Assembly: GCA_017547545.1 (NCBI GenBank)
Contig: JAFYPJ010000038.1
Location: 1 to 56,218, forward strand
DNA: 56,218 nt
Direction of reading: 5' to 3'
Origin: Clostridia bacterium
GTDB taxonomy: Bacteria > Bacillota > Clostridia > Oscillospirales > CAG-272
The position numbers were made by a program, and so were the translations under genes. Numbering within the stretch: the first letter of the stretch is position 1; the number at the start of each line of letters is the position of its first letter. A model generated the notes under the pieces. The model was not told the origin of the DNA. It did no database searches and worked only from the letters and a program-made list of their open reading frames with translations. Below are positions 1 to 9,974 of the stretch, one piece after another.

Positions 1-345
1 CTTGACACCCCTATTTGGATCCCCACCAATATACCAAAAGGGTATGATCTTACATATATTGATGTAGCGGAGTATTCTGAATATAAAAAAGCTATTCTCA
101 TTTGGAGTAATGAGATAAATAGAATAACATACTCAGTAAATTTTGGATTGTCAAATATCAATACAGAAGAGTACAACAGTATCAATAGAAATTTTGTTTC
201 AAAAAAAGGTCACGAATACATTATTGTTAATGTCCAAAATGATCTACAAGCAATAACAATAATTAATAATAATTATTACTCTATTAAAGCACCCAACAAG
301 CGAATACTTGAAAAAATATTAAACTCAATGAAATTCGTAAACTAA
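1..345 (+). CDS. C-terminal fragment of a DUF4367-like protein (5' end lies outside the window)
   Basis: Frame 1 is open from base 1 (LDTPIWIPTNIPKGYDLTYIDV...). The 'IPxGY' type motif is typical of DUF4367 domains that accompany anti-sigma factors. The tracked 148..345 ORF is only the tail of this frame. Confidence 0.45.
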   Translation, partial: LDTPIWIPTNIPKGYDLTYIDVAEYSEYKKAILIWSNEINRITYSVNFGLSNINTEEYNSINRNFVSKKGHEYIIVNVQNDLQAITIINNNYYSIKAPNKRILEKILNSMKFVN

Positions 346-351
346 TAATTA

Positions 352-393
352 AAAACACTCAAACAATGCAAAGCATTTTTTGGGTGTTTTTTG
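352..393 (+). terminator. Rho-independent terminator
   Basis: Nested hairpin aaaacacTcaaa-c-aatgc-aaa-gcatt-t-tttgGgtgtttt with one G:U pair, running into a T tract. Confidence 0.6.
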
Positions 394-568
394 TTGAAAT
401 TATTTGTAAACGTTTTGTTAATACGCCTTTTTTGCTTTGGTATTTTATAACCAGGTAACATTTAAAGAATAAAAGGGGGAAATATTATAACAAAATACAA
501 TTTCTTATACACCAATAGCAAAACCTGCTGTCATCCTAATTTATTAAATATGTAAAAAGGAGGTAACC

Positions 569-961
569 ATGAAAAAAACAGTTTTAATAATTTTGTCATT
601 AGCTCTACTATGCTATTATTCGTTTTCTATACATGCACAAAACAACCAATTTAGTTATGAGTTTTATTTTAATAAATGCGAAATAGTAGTTTGTGGAAAC
701 ATCAACGAAAGCGAAGCCTATATTATTGCATATACAATATACTGTAATGAAAATGGAATAAGCTATCCTGCAATTTGTAGTCCTTGCGATATATCCGGAC
801 ATTATTACAAATACTCAACTGTAACATCTAAAACTCATAGAGTATATTCTTCTTCTCCGCGTTGTTTATTAAACACATATAATGTAACAATCTGTACAAA
901 ATGTAGTAGTACTCTCTCAAAATCATTAATTGAAAGTGAAAGAATCGTTTGTTGCTCATAA
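569..961 (+). CDS. Small secreted cysteine-rich protein (hypothetical)
   Basis: Strong RBS (aaaaaggaggtaacc-ATG) and an N-terminal signal peptide (...YYSFSIHA/QNN). The short mature chain has many Cys, including CSPC and CTKC pairs. Confidence 0.6.
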   Translation: MKKTVLIILSLALLCYYSFSIHAQNNQFSYEFYFNKCEIVVCGNINESEAYIIAYTIYCNENGISYPAICSPCDISGHYYKYSTVTSKTHRVYSSSPRCLLNTYNVTICTKCSSTLSKSLIESERIVCCS

Positions 962-1018
962 AAATATAATATTCCCCCCCAAAAATACACAATTATTATT
1001 TAAAGAAAGGAATATAAA

Positions 1019-2992
1019 ATGAAAAAACTTGTTACTTTAATTATTATTGCTGTTATATTATTTACAACAACTATCTGCTCCAATGCAGCTTATTTCAGTG
1101 ATGTATCTATTTATCTGGAAGATAATATACTTAATGCAATAAACTATATGTCTGACAACGGACATATGACGGGAAGCGGAGACGGTACATTCGGTTTGGA
1201 TACCCCCGTTACAAGAAGTGTTTTCGTTACTGTATTATTCAGGTATTCCGGAGACACCGGAACATTCTCGCATCCCTTTACGGATGTTCCGGCAAATCAA
1301 TACTATTCAAATGCTGTTGGTTGGGCATATCAAAATGGTATTACAGACGGTACCGGTGGAAACACATTTAGTCCTGATTTAATCCTTACAAGAGAGCAAC
1401 TTGTAAGGATGTTAAAGAACTATTCGGTATATAAAAACAAATATGTATCACCGGGATCAGCTGTTAACTTAAGTAGTTATAACGACGGCTCTAATGTATC
1501 TGATTTTGCCACCGTAGCGGTTCAATGGAGTATATTGAATCACATACTTCAACCTCAAGAATCGCGAATTGGTCCAAAAGATACGGTAACCCGTACCATT
1601 TTGGCTGTATATATACACAGATATTCAATTTTTATTGACAAAATCGACCATACAAAAGATGTTTTCAATTTCAACAATTCTTCAGATCACTTTGAAAATA
1701 CATATTTCGTTTCTGAAGATGACAAGGATTTGATAAATCAAGCTCTCTGTGCATATTACGGAGCCAATTTTATTCCTTCAGATCAAATGACATCGATAGT
1801 AAATTGGTATAGCCGTGCCTGGACAGGATCTTGTCATGGTATGGCCCTAAGTGTTGCATTAGATAAATTAGGAATTATTGCATTGAATGAAAACTACGAC
1901 ACAAACAAAGCAACAATGAATGCAGTTTCGTCACCTTCCGTAAATGCATCCGTAGAAAGTATTATAAATGTATATCAAGTTACACAATCTTTAAATATAT
2001 TACCCTATAATTCTTATGAAAAATCCAATATTACTGCATATAAAGCAGGATTAACTGCTTTTATTGCCGATTTAAAACAAAACGGAATAGCTTTGTTTGA
2101 TTATTTTGCAAAAAACTCTTCCGGCACCTATGGACATGCTTTGGTTGCATACGATATTACAAGAGTTACCGGGCCTATTCACAAGGTACTTGCATATGAC
2201 TGTAATTCTCCTACACAACCCGTTGTCATTACGATAAACCCCAATACAGGTGGTTGTTCAATCCAAGGTAACTCTGATATAATTCATGCATTCAAATATA
2301 CATGTGATTTCTCGATGTATAAAGATTATTTGGATTTTGACGGTATCTATAATGACAAAAATGTTTCTTTTATAAACAACAATCCACCTGTTAATTCTGT
2401 TATTTCAAATGATCCTGCAAGGATAAAGGTATATAAATATGATGATTATGGAATAGGAAGTGAAGACCTTGGAAGCATCGTTGTATCTGATGGTATTGCT
2501 TCCGGTTATATGGAAATACTAAACCATAATTACAGTGTAGGTGGTTCACCCAATTCACTTTGTACAGATGAATATACCGTTGATATAAGTAATTGTTATG
2601 AATTAAAATATGATGAAAATAAAGCAAATTGTCTTTTTGAAATTTACCATGAGGAATACAATGTTATAGTTGAAGCTGAAAATACAAACAGAATTATGGC
2701 TACTACCTCAAGCTATTCTGGTTTGCGCCGTTGGGTAAAAATATTTAGTGCTGCAAATTCAAATTTCCGTGTTCTTTATAAAATCGACAATTCTTTTTAT
2801 GATTTTGTTATAATTGAAGGTATATCAAATGGTACTTCAGAAGTTTTATTTACAAATAACGATGTTACCTTAAATGGAATCACAGGTAATATTACCGTAA
2901 CTTATATAGATTATGATACATTTGAAGAAACAACTTTAACCGTAAACAATAATTCTTCATCTTCAACAATCATTTATCCAACCGAATCTTGA
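1019..2992 (+). CDS. SLH-domain cell-surface protein with a possible papain-like Cys/His module
   Basis: Signal peptide followed by N-terminal SLH repeats (FSDV...MTGSGDGTFGLDTPVTRS; FTDVPANQYYSNAVGWAYQNGITDGTGGNTFSPDLILTREQ). The central region has WTGSCHGMALS and, about 120 aa later, YGHALVAYD. Confidence 0.8.
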   Translation: MKKLVTLIIIAVILFTTTICSNAAYFSDVSIYLEDNILNAINYMSDNGHMTGSGDGTFGLDTPVTRSVFVTVLFRYSGDTGTFSHPFTDVPANQYYSNAVGWAYQNGITDGTGGNTFSPDLILTREQLVRMLKNYSVYKNKYVSPGSAVNLSSYNDGSNVSDFATVAVQWSILNHILQPQESRIGPKDTVTRTILAVYIHRYSIFIDKIDHTKDVFNFNNSSDHFENTYFVSEDDKDLINQALCAYYGANFIPSDQMTSIVNWYSRAWTGSCHGMALSVALDKLGIIALNENYDTNKATMNAVSSPSVNASVESIINVYQVTQSLNILPYNSYEKSNITAYKAGLTAFIADLKQNGIALFDYFAKNSSGTYGHALVAYDITRVTGPIHKVLAYDCNSPTQPVVITINPNTGGCSIQGNSDIIHAFKYTCDFSMYKDYLDFDGIYNDKNVSFINNNPPVNSVISNDPARIKVYKYDDYGIGSEDLGSIVVSDGIASGYMEILNHNYSVGGSPNSLCTDEYTVDISNCYELKYDENKANCLFEIYHEEYNVIVEAENTNRIMATTSSYSGLRRWVKIFSAANSNFRVLYKIDNSFYDFVIIEGISNGTSEVLFTNNDVTLNGITGNITVTYIDYDTFEETTLTVNNNSSSSTIIYPTES

Positions 2993-3061
2993 CATTACAG
3001 TAAAATTTAATATAATAATAGTAATCCATTACATTATAATAAATATGCAAGGAGAAATATT

Positions 3062-4471
3062 ATGAAAAAATTATTCAGCATTATTATTTGTATGCTTATA
3101 GTAACAAGTATAATTCCATTTGCCGCTTATTCCGAAGATAACGGTAACTGGTATTATGAAGAACACTCCATCAAGTGGTCATTTAATAGCGAAACACAAA
3201 CAATCACCGTAAGCGGAAACGGCAAAATGGCCGATTACGGCAACATCACCTCTAATGGACTTGTAATCCCAGGTCCTGCAAATGGTAATAATAATATAAA
3301 GCATGTAATAATAGAAGAAGGTATTACCTACATAGGAAAGCACTCCTTTTATAACTGCAAAAATATTGAAACCATTTCTCTGCCCGATTCTCTGCGCGAA
3401 ATAGGCGAACAGGCATTTGTGAGCTCCTGCGGCAAGCTTGAATCCCTTGAAATCCCGGCAGGCGTTCGTAAAATCGGATGCTGTGCTTTCACATCATTCA
3501 ATGGAATAATGGAAAATATGTCCGAAATAAAATTTTACGGAAATCCTCCCCAAATAGAGGACTACGGATTGTTTTTAGATTTCAGAGGTATTGTTTATTA
3601 CCCACCCTTTAGCTCATGGACAAAAGAAGTTAAAGAAAATTTTGAAAATAATGTATCCGATGCAGAAATAATATGGAAAGAATGGCCGGCTCCCGAACTT
3701 GACCACATTGAAGAGATCTTTCTTGATCTTGAATACGGGGCATGGTATATTTCTTCGGTTGACCATGTATACAATGAAAAAATAATGAAAGGCACAGACA
3801 ACGGATTTTCTCCCAATATGAAAGTTAGCCGCGAACAGGCTATACAGATTCTTTATAACCTGGAAACAAGAAACGATTCTTTGTATACCGACCAACGCTT
3901 TTTAGATGTTCCGGAGAATCATTGGGCTTCAAGGGCAATAAAATGGGCAAAGGGAAATGGTATTGTAAATGGCACGGGAAACGGCAATTTCGGTTTAGGT
4001 GAACCTCTTACCCGCGAACAGCTTGCAACCATGCTTGCAAATTATGACAAGACTATAGGTTTTGATATCGAAAAAGGAAAAGACGTTACATCCTTTTACG
4101 ATCATACCACAATTTCAGATTGGGCTAAAGTTGGTATTGAATACTGTGTTGAAATTGGAATTATAAAGGGCACGGATAAAAACACCCTGAACCCCAAGGG
4201 TGAAGCTACAAGAGCCGAGATCGCTCAGATGATGAGTAATTATCTTAACTACCATTCAGGAATAATAAAGATCGTATTTAATGCTGACAAAGGCGAATGT
4301 GACGAAAGTACGCGTTTTGTTGCGAAGGGAGAGAGGTTAGGAGAACTTCCTGTTCCCACAAAAGAAGGTTACGAATTTGACGGTTGGATATATTATGTAC
4401 ATTTCACGGCTACTGCCGATACGGTTTTTGAAGTTGATATGGAATTACTTGCAAAATGGGTAAAAAAATAA
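3062..4471 (+). CDS. BspA-type leucine-rich-repeat surface protein with SLH domains and a C-terminal Listeria-Bacteroides (Flg_new-like) repeat
   Basis: Signal peptide. LRR_5-like segments (IKHVIIEEGITYIGKHSFYNCKNIETISLPDSLREIGEQAF). SLH repeats (FLDVPENHWASRAIKWAKGNGIVNGTGNGNFGLGEPLTREQ). C-terminal PTKEGYEFDGW. Confidence 0.85.
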   Translation: MKKLFSIIICMLIVTSIIPFAAYSEDNGNWYYEEHSIKWSFNSETQTITVSGNGKMADYGNITSNGLVIPGPANGNNNIKHVIIEEGITYIGKHSFYNCKNIETISLPDSLREIGEQAFVSSCGKLESLEIPAGVRKIGCCAFTSFNGIMENMSEIKFYGNPPQIEDYGLFLDFRGIVYYPPFSSWTKEVKENFENNVSDAEIIWKEWPAPELDHIEEIFLDLEYGAWYISSVDHVYNEKIMKGTDNGFSPNMKVSREQAIQILYNLETRNDSLYTDQRFLDVPENHWASRAIKWAKGNGIVNGTGNGNFGLGEPLTREQLATMLANYDKTIGFDIEKGKDVTSFYDHTTISDWAKVGIEYCVEIGIIKGTDKNTLNPKGEATRAEIAQMMSNYLNYHSGIIKIVFNADKGECDESTRFVAKGERLGELPVPTKEGYEFDGWIYYVHFTATADTVFEVDMELLAKWVKK

Positions 4472-4499
4472 GGTTGGCAAAATGCCAACCTTATTTTTT
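4470..4499. terminator. Bidirectional rho-independent terminator between convergent genes
   Basis: aaggttggca-aaa-tgccaacctt with a T run on the + side and an A run on the 5' side. Confidence 0.75.
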
Positions 4500-4587
4500 A
4501 TTATAAGAAATATGCTCCGCCTCGTGCAACACAATAATCGATAAAGTTCTGAAGATCGGGGCGGAATTGTGTGCAGCACTTGCTGCC

Positions 4588-5289
4588 TTATTCTTCAACA
4601 GCTTCTTCTGCCTTAGGAGCCGCATTATTTCTTCTCTGATTATTTCTGCGGTTTTCGTAGATTACAACCACACGGCGGTTGTTATCAGAGCCGATGGAAT
4701 TTGTGCTTACACCCTTAAAATTCTGAAGCTCAGAGTGAATAATTCTTCTCTCATAGGGGCTCATGGGTTCAAGGGTAATATTTTTATGGTACTTAATTAC
4801 CTTCTGTGCAACACCTCTTGCAAGGCGGCGGAGAGTTGCCTCTCTTCTTTCGCGGTAATTTTCAATATCAACTGTCATCTTGATATGCTCTGTGCCGTCG
4901 GCATCGCACTGACGGTTTGCTGCAAGATTGCAAAGATACTGAAGAGCCTCAAGAGTTTCACCGTGGTGACCGATAAGAATACCTGCAGATTCGCCTGTAA
5001 TATTTATCATTCGGTCGCCGTTGGAGATATTGTCTGCGCAAAGCTCTGCCTGTGCGTCAAGTCCAAGATTATTTAAAAGTGTATTTACAAGATTGAGAGC
5101 TGTAAGATCTGCACGGGCAACACAGAAAACTCTTACCTTTGCATCAACCTCACCAAATCCCAAAAATCCTTTTTTGGGATACTCAAGAACTTCATAGTCA
5201 ACATTGGCAACCGGAACGCCAAGTTCGTTTGCACCGTTGGCTACAGCTCCTTCTATAGTTCTGCCTGTAGCAATTACTTCCTTATTCAA
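4588..5289 (-). CDS. jag: Jag/KhpB RNA-binding protein (Jag_N, KH, R3H)
   Basis: KH-like ITGESAGILIGHHGETLEALQYL and R3H LEPMSPYERRIIHSEL. Sits directly downstream of yidC. TTG start preceded by aaggaag. Confidence 0.85.
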   Translation of the reverse strand: MNKEVIATGRTIEGAVANGANELGVPVANVDYEVLEYPKKGFLGFGEVDAKVRVFCVARADLTALNLVNTLLNNLGLDAQAELCADNISNGDRMINITGESAGILIGHHGETLEALQYLCNLAANRQCDADGTEHIKMTVDIENYRERREATLRRLARGVAQKVIKYHKNITLEPMSPYERRIIHSELQNFKGVSTNSIGSDNNRRVVVIYENRRNNQRRNNAAPKAEEAVEE

Positions 5290-5307
5290 GGTTCTTTCTT
5301 CCTTTCA

Positions 5308-6708
5308 TCAGTTGTCTGTTTCATTGTCCTTTAAAGGAGCCGCGTCTATAAGGGGACTTGCGCTTTCCGGCTTCTTTTTGACGGTAGATTTCTTAGGTTC
5401 GGGTTTTACGGGAGCAACATCGTCATCCTCGTCATCTATATGATGCAAAGACTTGGGGTGACGCTTATAGGTAACATTCTTTTTCTTGTCCTTTTTGCTC
5501 TTGCCTGCCATTTCCTTTTCAGCCGCTGCATAATCTTCATCGCTGAAAACGGGAATGGGGAACATCTTTTTAAGAATGAGCTGCTGTACAACACCCAAAA
5601 TGTTCTGGAATATCCAGTAAAGACCGAGTACCGCAGGATACATGAATGTAAACCATGTACTCATTGCAGGCATAACAAGATCCATTATCTTATTAGACAT
5701 ACCTGCATCCCCTGTTTGGGTAGGCTGATAGGTAAGCTTACGGGTAAGCCACATGCTGAAATACACAATTACAAATGTAGCTATGGGAATAACTATAAGA
5801 AGATTGAATTCAAGAGTAGGTGTTCTTGAAAGGTCAATTCCCAAAAATGTAAGATCGGGATTTTCAAAGCCCTTAGGCAAAAGATCGCGTACGAGCTCAA
5901 GATTGTTTTCATTCTTCAAAATAGTAGCTATGGGAAGGTCACCGATACGAAGTGCATCCTTTGTAAGAGCCTCGCCCTTATAGAGAACACCGAGATCAAT
6001 AAGTCTTCTTCCTATGTCAGTAATAACATCCTTTGAAACGCCTGCGGTGAATCTCAAGGGGTTGTAGATAACTCTGAAAAGAGCAAAGAGTATAGGCATC
6101 TGTAAAAGAAGAGGCAAACAACCGCTCATGGGGTTGAAATTTTCCTTCTGATAAAGAGCCATGATCTCTTCCTGAACCTTTTGCTGAGTTGCTCTGTCAT
6201 CTCTGCCTGCATATTTCTTACGGATAGCCATTTCCTTGGGACGAAGCTTTGCCTGCTTAACGCTGTTCTTCTGCTGCTTGATACCAAAGGGGAAGAGTAT
6301 TATCTTCATGGCAATAGCAAAGAAAAGAAGCGCAACCGCGTAAATGGGAACAAGATTATAGAAGAATCTCAATACAAATCCGAAAGGAATTGCAAGCTTT
6401 TCCATCCAGGAATCGGGTGCGGTATAAAGCTTTTTTTCATTGGTTACCTTTTTTACGAATTTGTTTTCCTCTACCTCTTTACAATCTTTATCAAGGCATT
6501 CTCTGGTTACATAGTAACCTTCATATTCTGTTCCGTCTTTACCCTTTTTAGTGCCTTCTTCGTAGCTTTCATACTTCCATTCATGCACATGCTCACTGTT
6601 TTTCTTATCTGCAAATGCAGTTAAGGAAAGCGCATTGAAAAGAAGGGTAAATACCATCATACAAATAAGGATAGTACCAATTCTTTTGTTTAAAAAATTT
6701 CTGTTCAT
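5308..6708 (-). CDS. yidC: YidC/Oxa1-family membrane protein insertase with an N-terminal extension and a Lys-rich C-tail
   Basis: 60KD_IMP core (NPMSGCLPLLLQMPILFALF). Synteny with yidD, rnpA and rpmH. The C-terminal KSKKDKKK...KKSTVKKK tail resembles the ribosome-binding tails of YidC2/Oxa1. Confidence 0.9.
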   Translation of the reverse strand: MNRNFLNKRIGTILICMMVFTLLFNALSLTAFADKKNSEHVHEWKYESYEEGTKKGKDGTEYEGYYVTRECLDKDCKEVEENKFVKKVTNEKKLYTAPDSWMEKLAIPFGFVLRFFYNLVPIYAVALLFFAIAMKIILFPFGIKQQKNSVKQAKLRPKEMAIRKKYAGRDDRATQQKVQEEIMALYQKENFNPMSGCLPLLLQMPILFALFRVIYNPLRFTAGVSKDVITDIGRRLIDLGVLYKGEALTKDALRIGDLPIATILKNENNLELVRDLLPKGFENPDLTFLGIDLSRTPTLEFNLLIVIPIATFVIVYFSMWLTRKLTYQPTQTGDAGMSNKIMDLVMPAMSTWFTFMYPAVLGLYWIFQNILGVVQQLILKKMFPIPVFSDEDYAAAEKEMAGKSKKDKKKNVTYKRHPKSLHHIDDEDDDVAPVKPEPKKSTVKKKPESASPLIDAAPLKDNETDN

Positions 6709-6762
6709 TTCAATACCATTTTTCTTTAAAATACGAGGAATTCACAATTATAAATAATTCTT

Positions 6763-7014
6763 TTACGCTCCGTGATTTTTATTATCACGGTGCTTACGGT
6801 TTCTTTTCGGCACGTGGTCCACTCCGCCCTTGCAAAAGGGATTACAGCGAAGTATCCGCCATATACTGAGTGCCGCGCCAACAACTACTCCCCATTCCTC
6901 AAATGCCTCTATAGCATATTGGGAGCATGTTGGATAAAATCTGCAACATGGTTTTTTAAGCGGCGAAATATACCGCCGGTATAGCTTTATAAGGCCTATA
7001 AAAAACCTTTTCAT
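6763..7014 (-). CDS. yidD: Membrane protein insertion efficiency factor YidD
   Basis: [27 protein letters not shown] motif. 4-nt overlap with the rnpA stop. Confidence 0.9.
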   Translation of the reverse strand: MKRFFIGLIKLYRRYISPLKKPCCRFYPTCSQYAIEAFEEWGVVVGAALSIWRILRCNPFCKGGVDHVPKRNRKHRDNKNHGA

Positions 7015-7385
7015 ATAAGCATATCCAGGCGGTTAAGTGCCTTTTCTAAATCTTTTTTAATGTGGTATGTTTTTGCGCCCACAGCCGCACTGCGTGCCAC
7101 GATTACAATTAAAAAACCGCACTTGACGCCGCGTTCCGTATCTATCTCCCGGTAAGCATGGCGTATAATTCGCTTAACGCGGTTACGCACCACTGCCCCA
7201 CCGAGCTTTTTGGAAACTGTCAGCCCTATGCGGTTCATCTTCTGTTTTTGCGGATGTGCTTTTTGCAATCTTTTGGCAGCATAGTCGGGTAATACATAAA
7301 CGGCTGCAAGACGGCCTATATGCTTTTTGCCCTTTGCATAGGCTTTTGCATACAGATGGTTTTCACCGATTGCAACATATTTCAT
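7011..7385 (-). CDS. rnpA: Ribonuclease P protein component
   Basis: [23 protein letters not shown] motif, downstream of rpmH. I place the start at the internal ATG ([10 protein letters not shown]...) rather than the tracked 7436 start. Confidence 0.85.
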   Translation of the reverse strand: MKYVAIGENHLYAKAYAKGKKHIGRLAAVYVLPDYAAKRLQKAHPQKQKMNRIGLTVSKKLGGAVVRNRVKRIIRHAYREIDTERGVKCGFLIVIVARSAAVGAKTYHIKKDLEKALNRLDMLI

Positions 7386-7454
7386 AATTTGCACCCGTAT
7401 TACCGAAGCAGAAAACAGCTTGGCCGTTCTCTGCATTCGGAAAATATAAGTTGA

Positions 7455-7589
7455 TTAATAAGTTAATCTTGCTCTGCCTTTTGCGCGTCTTCTCTTGAGG
7501 ACCTTTCTGCCATTAGCAGTAGCCATTCTCTTTCTGAAGCCGTGCTCCTTTTTTCTCTGGCGTTTCTTGGGTTGATAAGTTCTAAGCAT
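7455..7589 (-). CDS. rpmH: 50S ribosomal protein L34 (too short for the ORF track)
   Basis: Manual translation of the reverse strand gives [44 protein letters not shown] (44 aa), preceded by GGAAGGAGGAG. Confidence 0.95.
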   Translation of the reverse strand: MLRTYQPKKRQRKKEHGFRKRMATANGRKVLKRRRAKGRARLTY

Positions 7590-7634
7590 TACGGTCTCCT
7601 CCTTCCTTTGAACAAAAAAACCATGTGTCAAATT

Positions 7635-7663
7635 ATTATACCGCTAAGTGGGTATTCTGTCAA
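7635..7663 (-). promoter_or_regulatory. Consensus sigma-A promoter for the rpmH operon
   Basis: Reverse strand reads TTGACA-17 nt-TATAAT (tgtcaa at 7658-7663, attata at 7635-7640). Confidence 0.7.
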
Positions 7664-7720
7664 TAGTTTTTTCTAAATTTTATGCCTGTATTGGTGCTTG
7701 TTTACAAATAGTTTTATTTT

Positions 7721-9907
7721 TTAACGGTGTTTTGTCCTTCTTTTTGTAATAATTTTCGGTTTAAATACCCTTTTGGAAGCATCTGCAAGTCGCATTTCCG
7801 CTTTTCTCGAAATAAGATCCACAGATTCAAGACGCACCCTTATAACATCTCCAAGGCGGTAAACGCTTTCACCGCAATGAAGTGAACAAGTTTCCTCGCT
7901 ATAGGTATAAAACCCGTTCAGCTCTGTTATGGGTATCAATCCCTCGCAGGTATTACCAAGCTCACAGAAGATACCGAAATTGGTTACAGAGCTTATAACC
8001 GCGTCAAATTCTTCTCCTATAAAGGACTGCATATAAATACACTTATAAAGATCCTCTATATCTCTTTCACAGGATACCGCCTTTTGCTCATTTTCGGTAG
8101 ACTTTGCCGCTGCCTTCTGAGCAAAGGAGGAAAGATATTGAATCGAAGTTTCACTTATATTACCTACTAATATATTCGATATTATCCGATGTGTAGCAAG
8201 ATCGGGATATCTTCTTATAGGTGAGGTGAAATGACAGTATTTATCAATACAAAGTCCAAAATGGGGACTTGGGGATTCGCTATATTTTGCCTTTGAAAGT
8301 GAACGCAAAAGCAGATAAGAAACGGTATTGCCTATTCCTTCTTCCTTGGCTTGCTCCAAAAGCTTTGTAAACATTGACGGATGAATCTTCTTTGCAGAAA
8401 ATGCACTTGTTGAAAGACCTAAATTATGGGCAAAAATTGCAAAACGGTGGATTTTATCGGGATCGGGATCCTCATGAATACGGTAAACACAGGGCATAGA
8501 CATGTCAAATAGCCAATTTGCCACACCCTCGTTTGCGCAGAGCATAAACTGTTCTATAAGCTTTTCGGCATCCCCTCTCTCTCTCTTTACTATATCGCAG
8601 GGCAAACCGTTTTCATCCACTAATATTTTGGCTTCTGCAGTTTCAAGCTCAAGAGCCCCTCTTAAATGATTCTTTTTTGCAAGAATACGATATAACTCTT
8701 CCATTACCGGAAGTGTTTTTGGGTAAAGCATGGAATACTTTTCATAGAAATCAGAGTTTTCTCCCTTTTCAAATAGGTCATTTACCTCTGAATAAACACC
8801 TCTTACCTTTGATTCTATAAGAGTCTTTTTTACATCGCAGGAGATAAGATTTCCTTTTTTATCTATGCTTATAAACGCGGATAACGCTCTTCTCGGAACA
8901 CCTGCATTAAGGGAGCATATTCCGTTAGACAAAGCTTTCGGGAGCATAGGAACAACTTTATCTACAAAGTAAACGCTACATCCCCTTTCCATTGCTTCCT
9001 TATCAAGGGCACTTCCCTGCCGTACATAGTGGGAAACATCTGCAATATGAACACCAAGAAGATATCCGTAATCGGTTTTTTCAACAGAAACCGCATCGTC
9101 AAGATCCTTTGCATCCTCACCGTCTATGGTGAATATCATTTTATCTCTTATATCCTCTCTGCCGTCTGCAGTATCGGGAATATCCTGTGCTTCGGTGTCC
9201 GCTTCTGCAAGTGATTTTTTATCAAAAAACATTTTAATGGAGTTTTCACAAAGAATTGCTTCATAGTTTGCCTCTTTGGTATAGGCACCGCCAAAATCCT
9301 TTATTATCTCTCCCCTTGCAGCTACTCCGCTTTTAGGGTATTTTATTATTTTTACTTCAACCTTATTTCCAACCTTAGGAATTATCCCTTCTCCGGGAGT
9401 ACAGATAACGGTAAAATTATGCTTTTTATTATCCGCTTCTACTGTATAAAGCTGACGCCCTTTTTTACCCCTTGTGGGCAACCGTTTAAGTGTCCCGACA
9501 ACCGAGGTAAGGCTGTGGGAAAGTATTTTGGTTATCTTTGCAACATCGCTTTTCCCTTGTTCTGTTTCGGTTTGAAAACACAAAACAGTATCGCCGTCCA
9601 AAGCTCCCATCGTTTTATCGGGCGGGATGAAAAAATCTGCTTTCCCCTCCTCGTTTGGAGTTACAAAACCAAAATCCTTTTGAGATGCACGGAATGTTCC
9701 AACAAAGTATCCCGAAGAATCAAAGGGCATGATCTTTCCTCTTTGAGTTATAATTATCTCTCCTTCTTTCTCAAGAGAGTTCACTGCCTGAAAAAATTCC
9801 ACAAAATCTACACCCTGGGATATAAGTTCCGTATAAATACCGTCCATTGTTTTTGGACGGTAATTTTCTTCTTTTATAAATTTTAATATCTTTTCTTTTA
9901 TTTCCAT
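7721..9907 (-). CDS. rnr: Ribonuclease R (RNase II/VacB family 3'-5' exoribonuclease)
   Basis: RNB-domain motifs (FTIDGEDAKDLDDAVSV, HFTSPIRRYPDLATHR), a C-terminal S1 domain and a basic tail. Confidence 0.95.
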   Translation of the reverse strand: MEIKEKILKFIKEENYRPKTMDGIYTELISQGVDFVEFFQAVNSLEKEGEIIITQRGKIMPFDSSGYFVGTFRASQKDFGFVTPNEEGKADFFIPPDKTMGALDGDTVLCFQTETEQGKSDVAKITKILSHSLTSVVGTLKRLPTRGKKGRQLYTVEADNKKHNFTVICTPGEGIIPKVGNKVEVKIIKYPKSGVAARGEIIKDFGGAYTKEANYEAILCENSIKMFFDKKSLAEADTEAQDIPDTADGREDIRDKMIFTIDGEDAKDLDDAVSVEKTDYGYLLGVHIADVSHYVRQGSALDKEAMERGCSVYFVDKVVPMLPKALSNGICSLNAGVPRRALSAFISIDKKGNLISCDVKKTLIESKVRGVYSEVNDLFEKGENSDFYEKYSMLYPKTLPVMEELYRILAKKNHLRGALELETAEAKILVDENGLPCDIVKRERGDAEKLIEQFMLCANEGVANWLFDMSMPCVYRIHEDPDPDKIHRFAIFAHNLGLSTSAFSAKKIHPSMFTKLLEQAKEEGIGNTVSYLLLRSLSKAKYSESPSPHFGLCIDKYCHFTSPIRRYPDLATHRIISNILVGNISETSIQYLSSFAQKAAAKSTENEQKAVSCERDIEDLYKCIYMQSFIGEEFDAVISSVTNFGIFCELGNTCEGLIPITELNGFYTYSEETCSLHCGESVYRLGDVIRVRLESVDLISRKAEMRLADASKRVFKPKIITKRRTKHR

Positions 9908-9928
9908 ATCTTCCTTTACAAAATAAAT

Positions 9929-9958
9929 ACCGCCTTTAGTTTTAACTCTAAAGGCGGT
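9929..9958 (-). terminator. Rho-independent terminator after secG
   Basis: accgcctttag-loop-ctaaaggcggt, with a T-rich tail on the minus strand. Confidence 0.7.
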
Positions 9959-9974
9959 TATTATTAAATTTTAA

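Noticed and set aside
4567-5076. 169-aa ORF antisense to jag
   Set aside because: It lies entirely within a well-supported conserved gene on the other strand, has a Cys-rich nonsense composition and lacks an RBS.
7590-7720. Possible oriC/DnaA-box cluster or tmRNA gene between rnr and rpmH
   Set aside because: No TTATCCACA-like boxes and no tRNA-like acceptor or TpsiC end were seen. The 131 bp are accounted for by a consensus promoter and the leader for rpmH.
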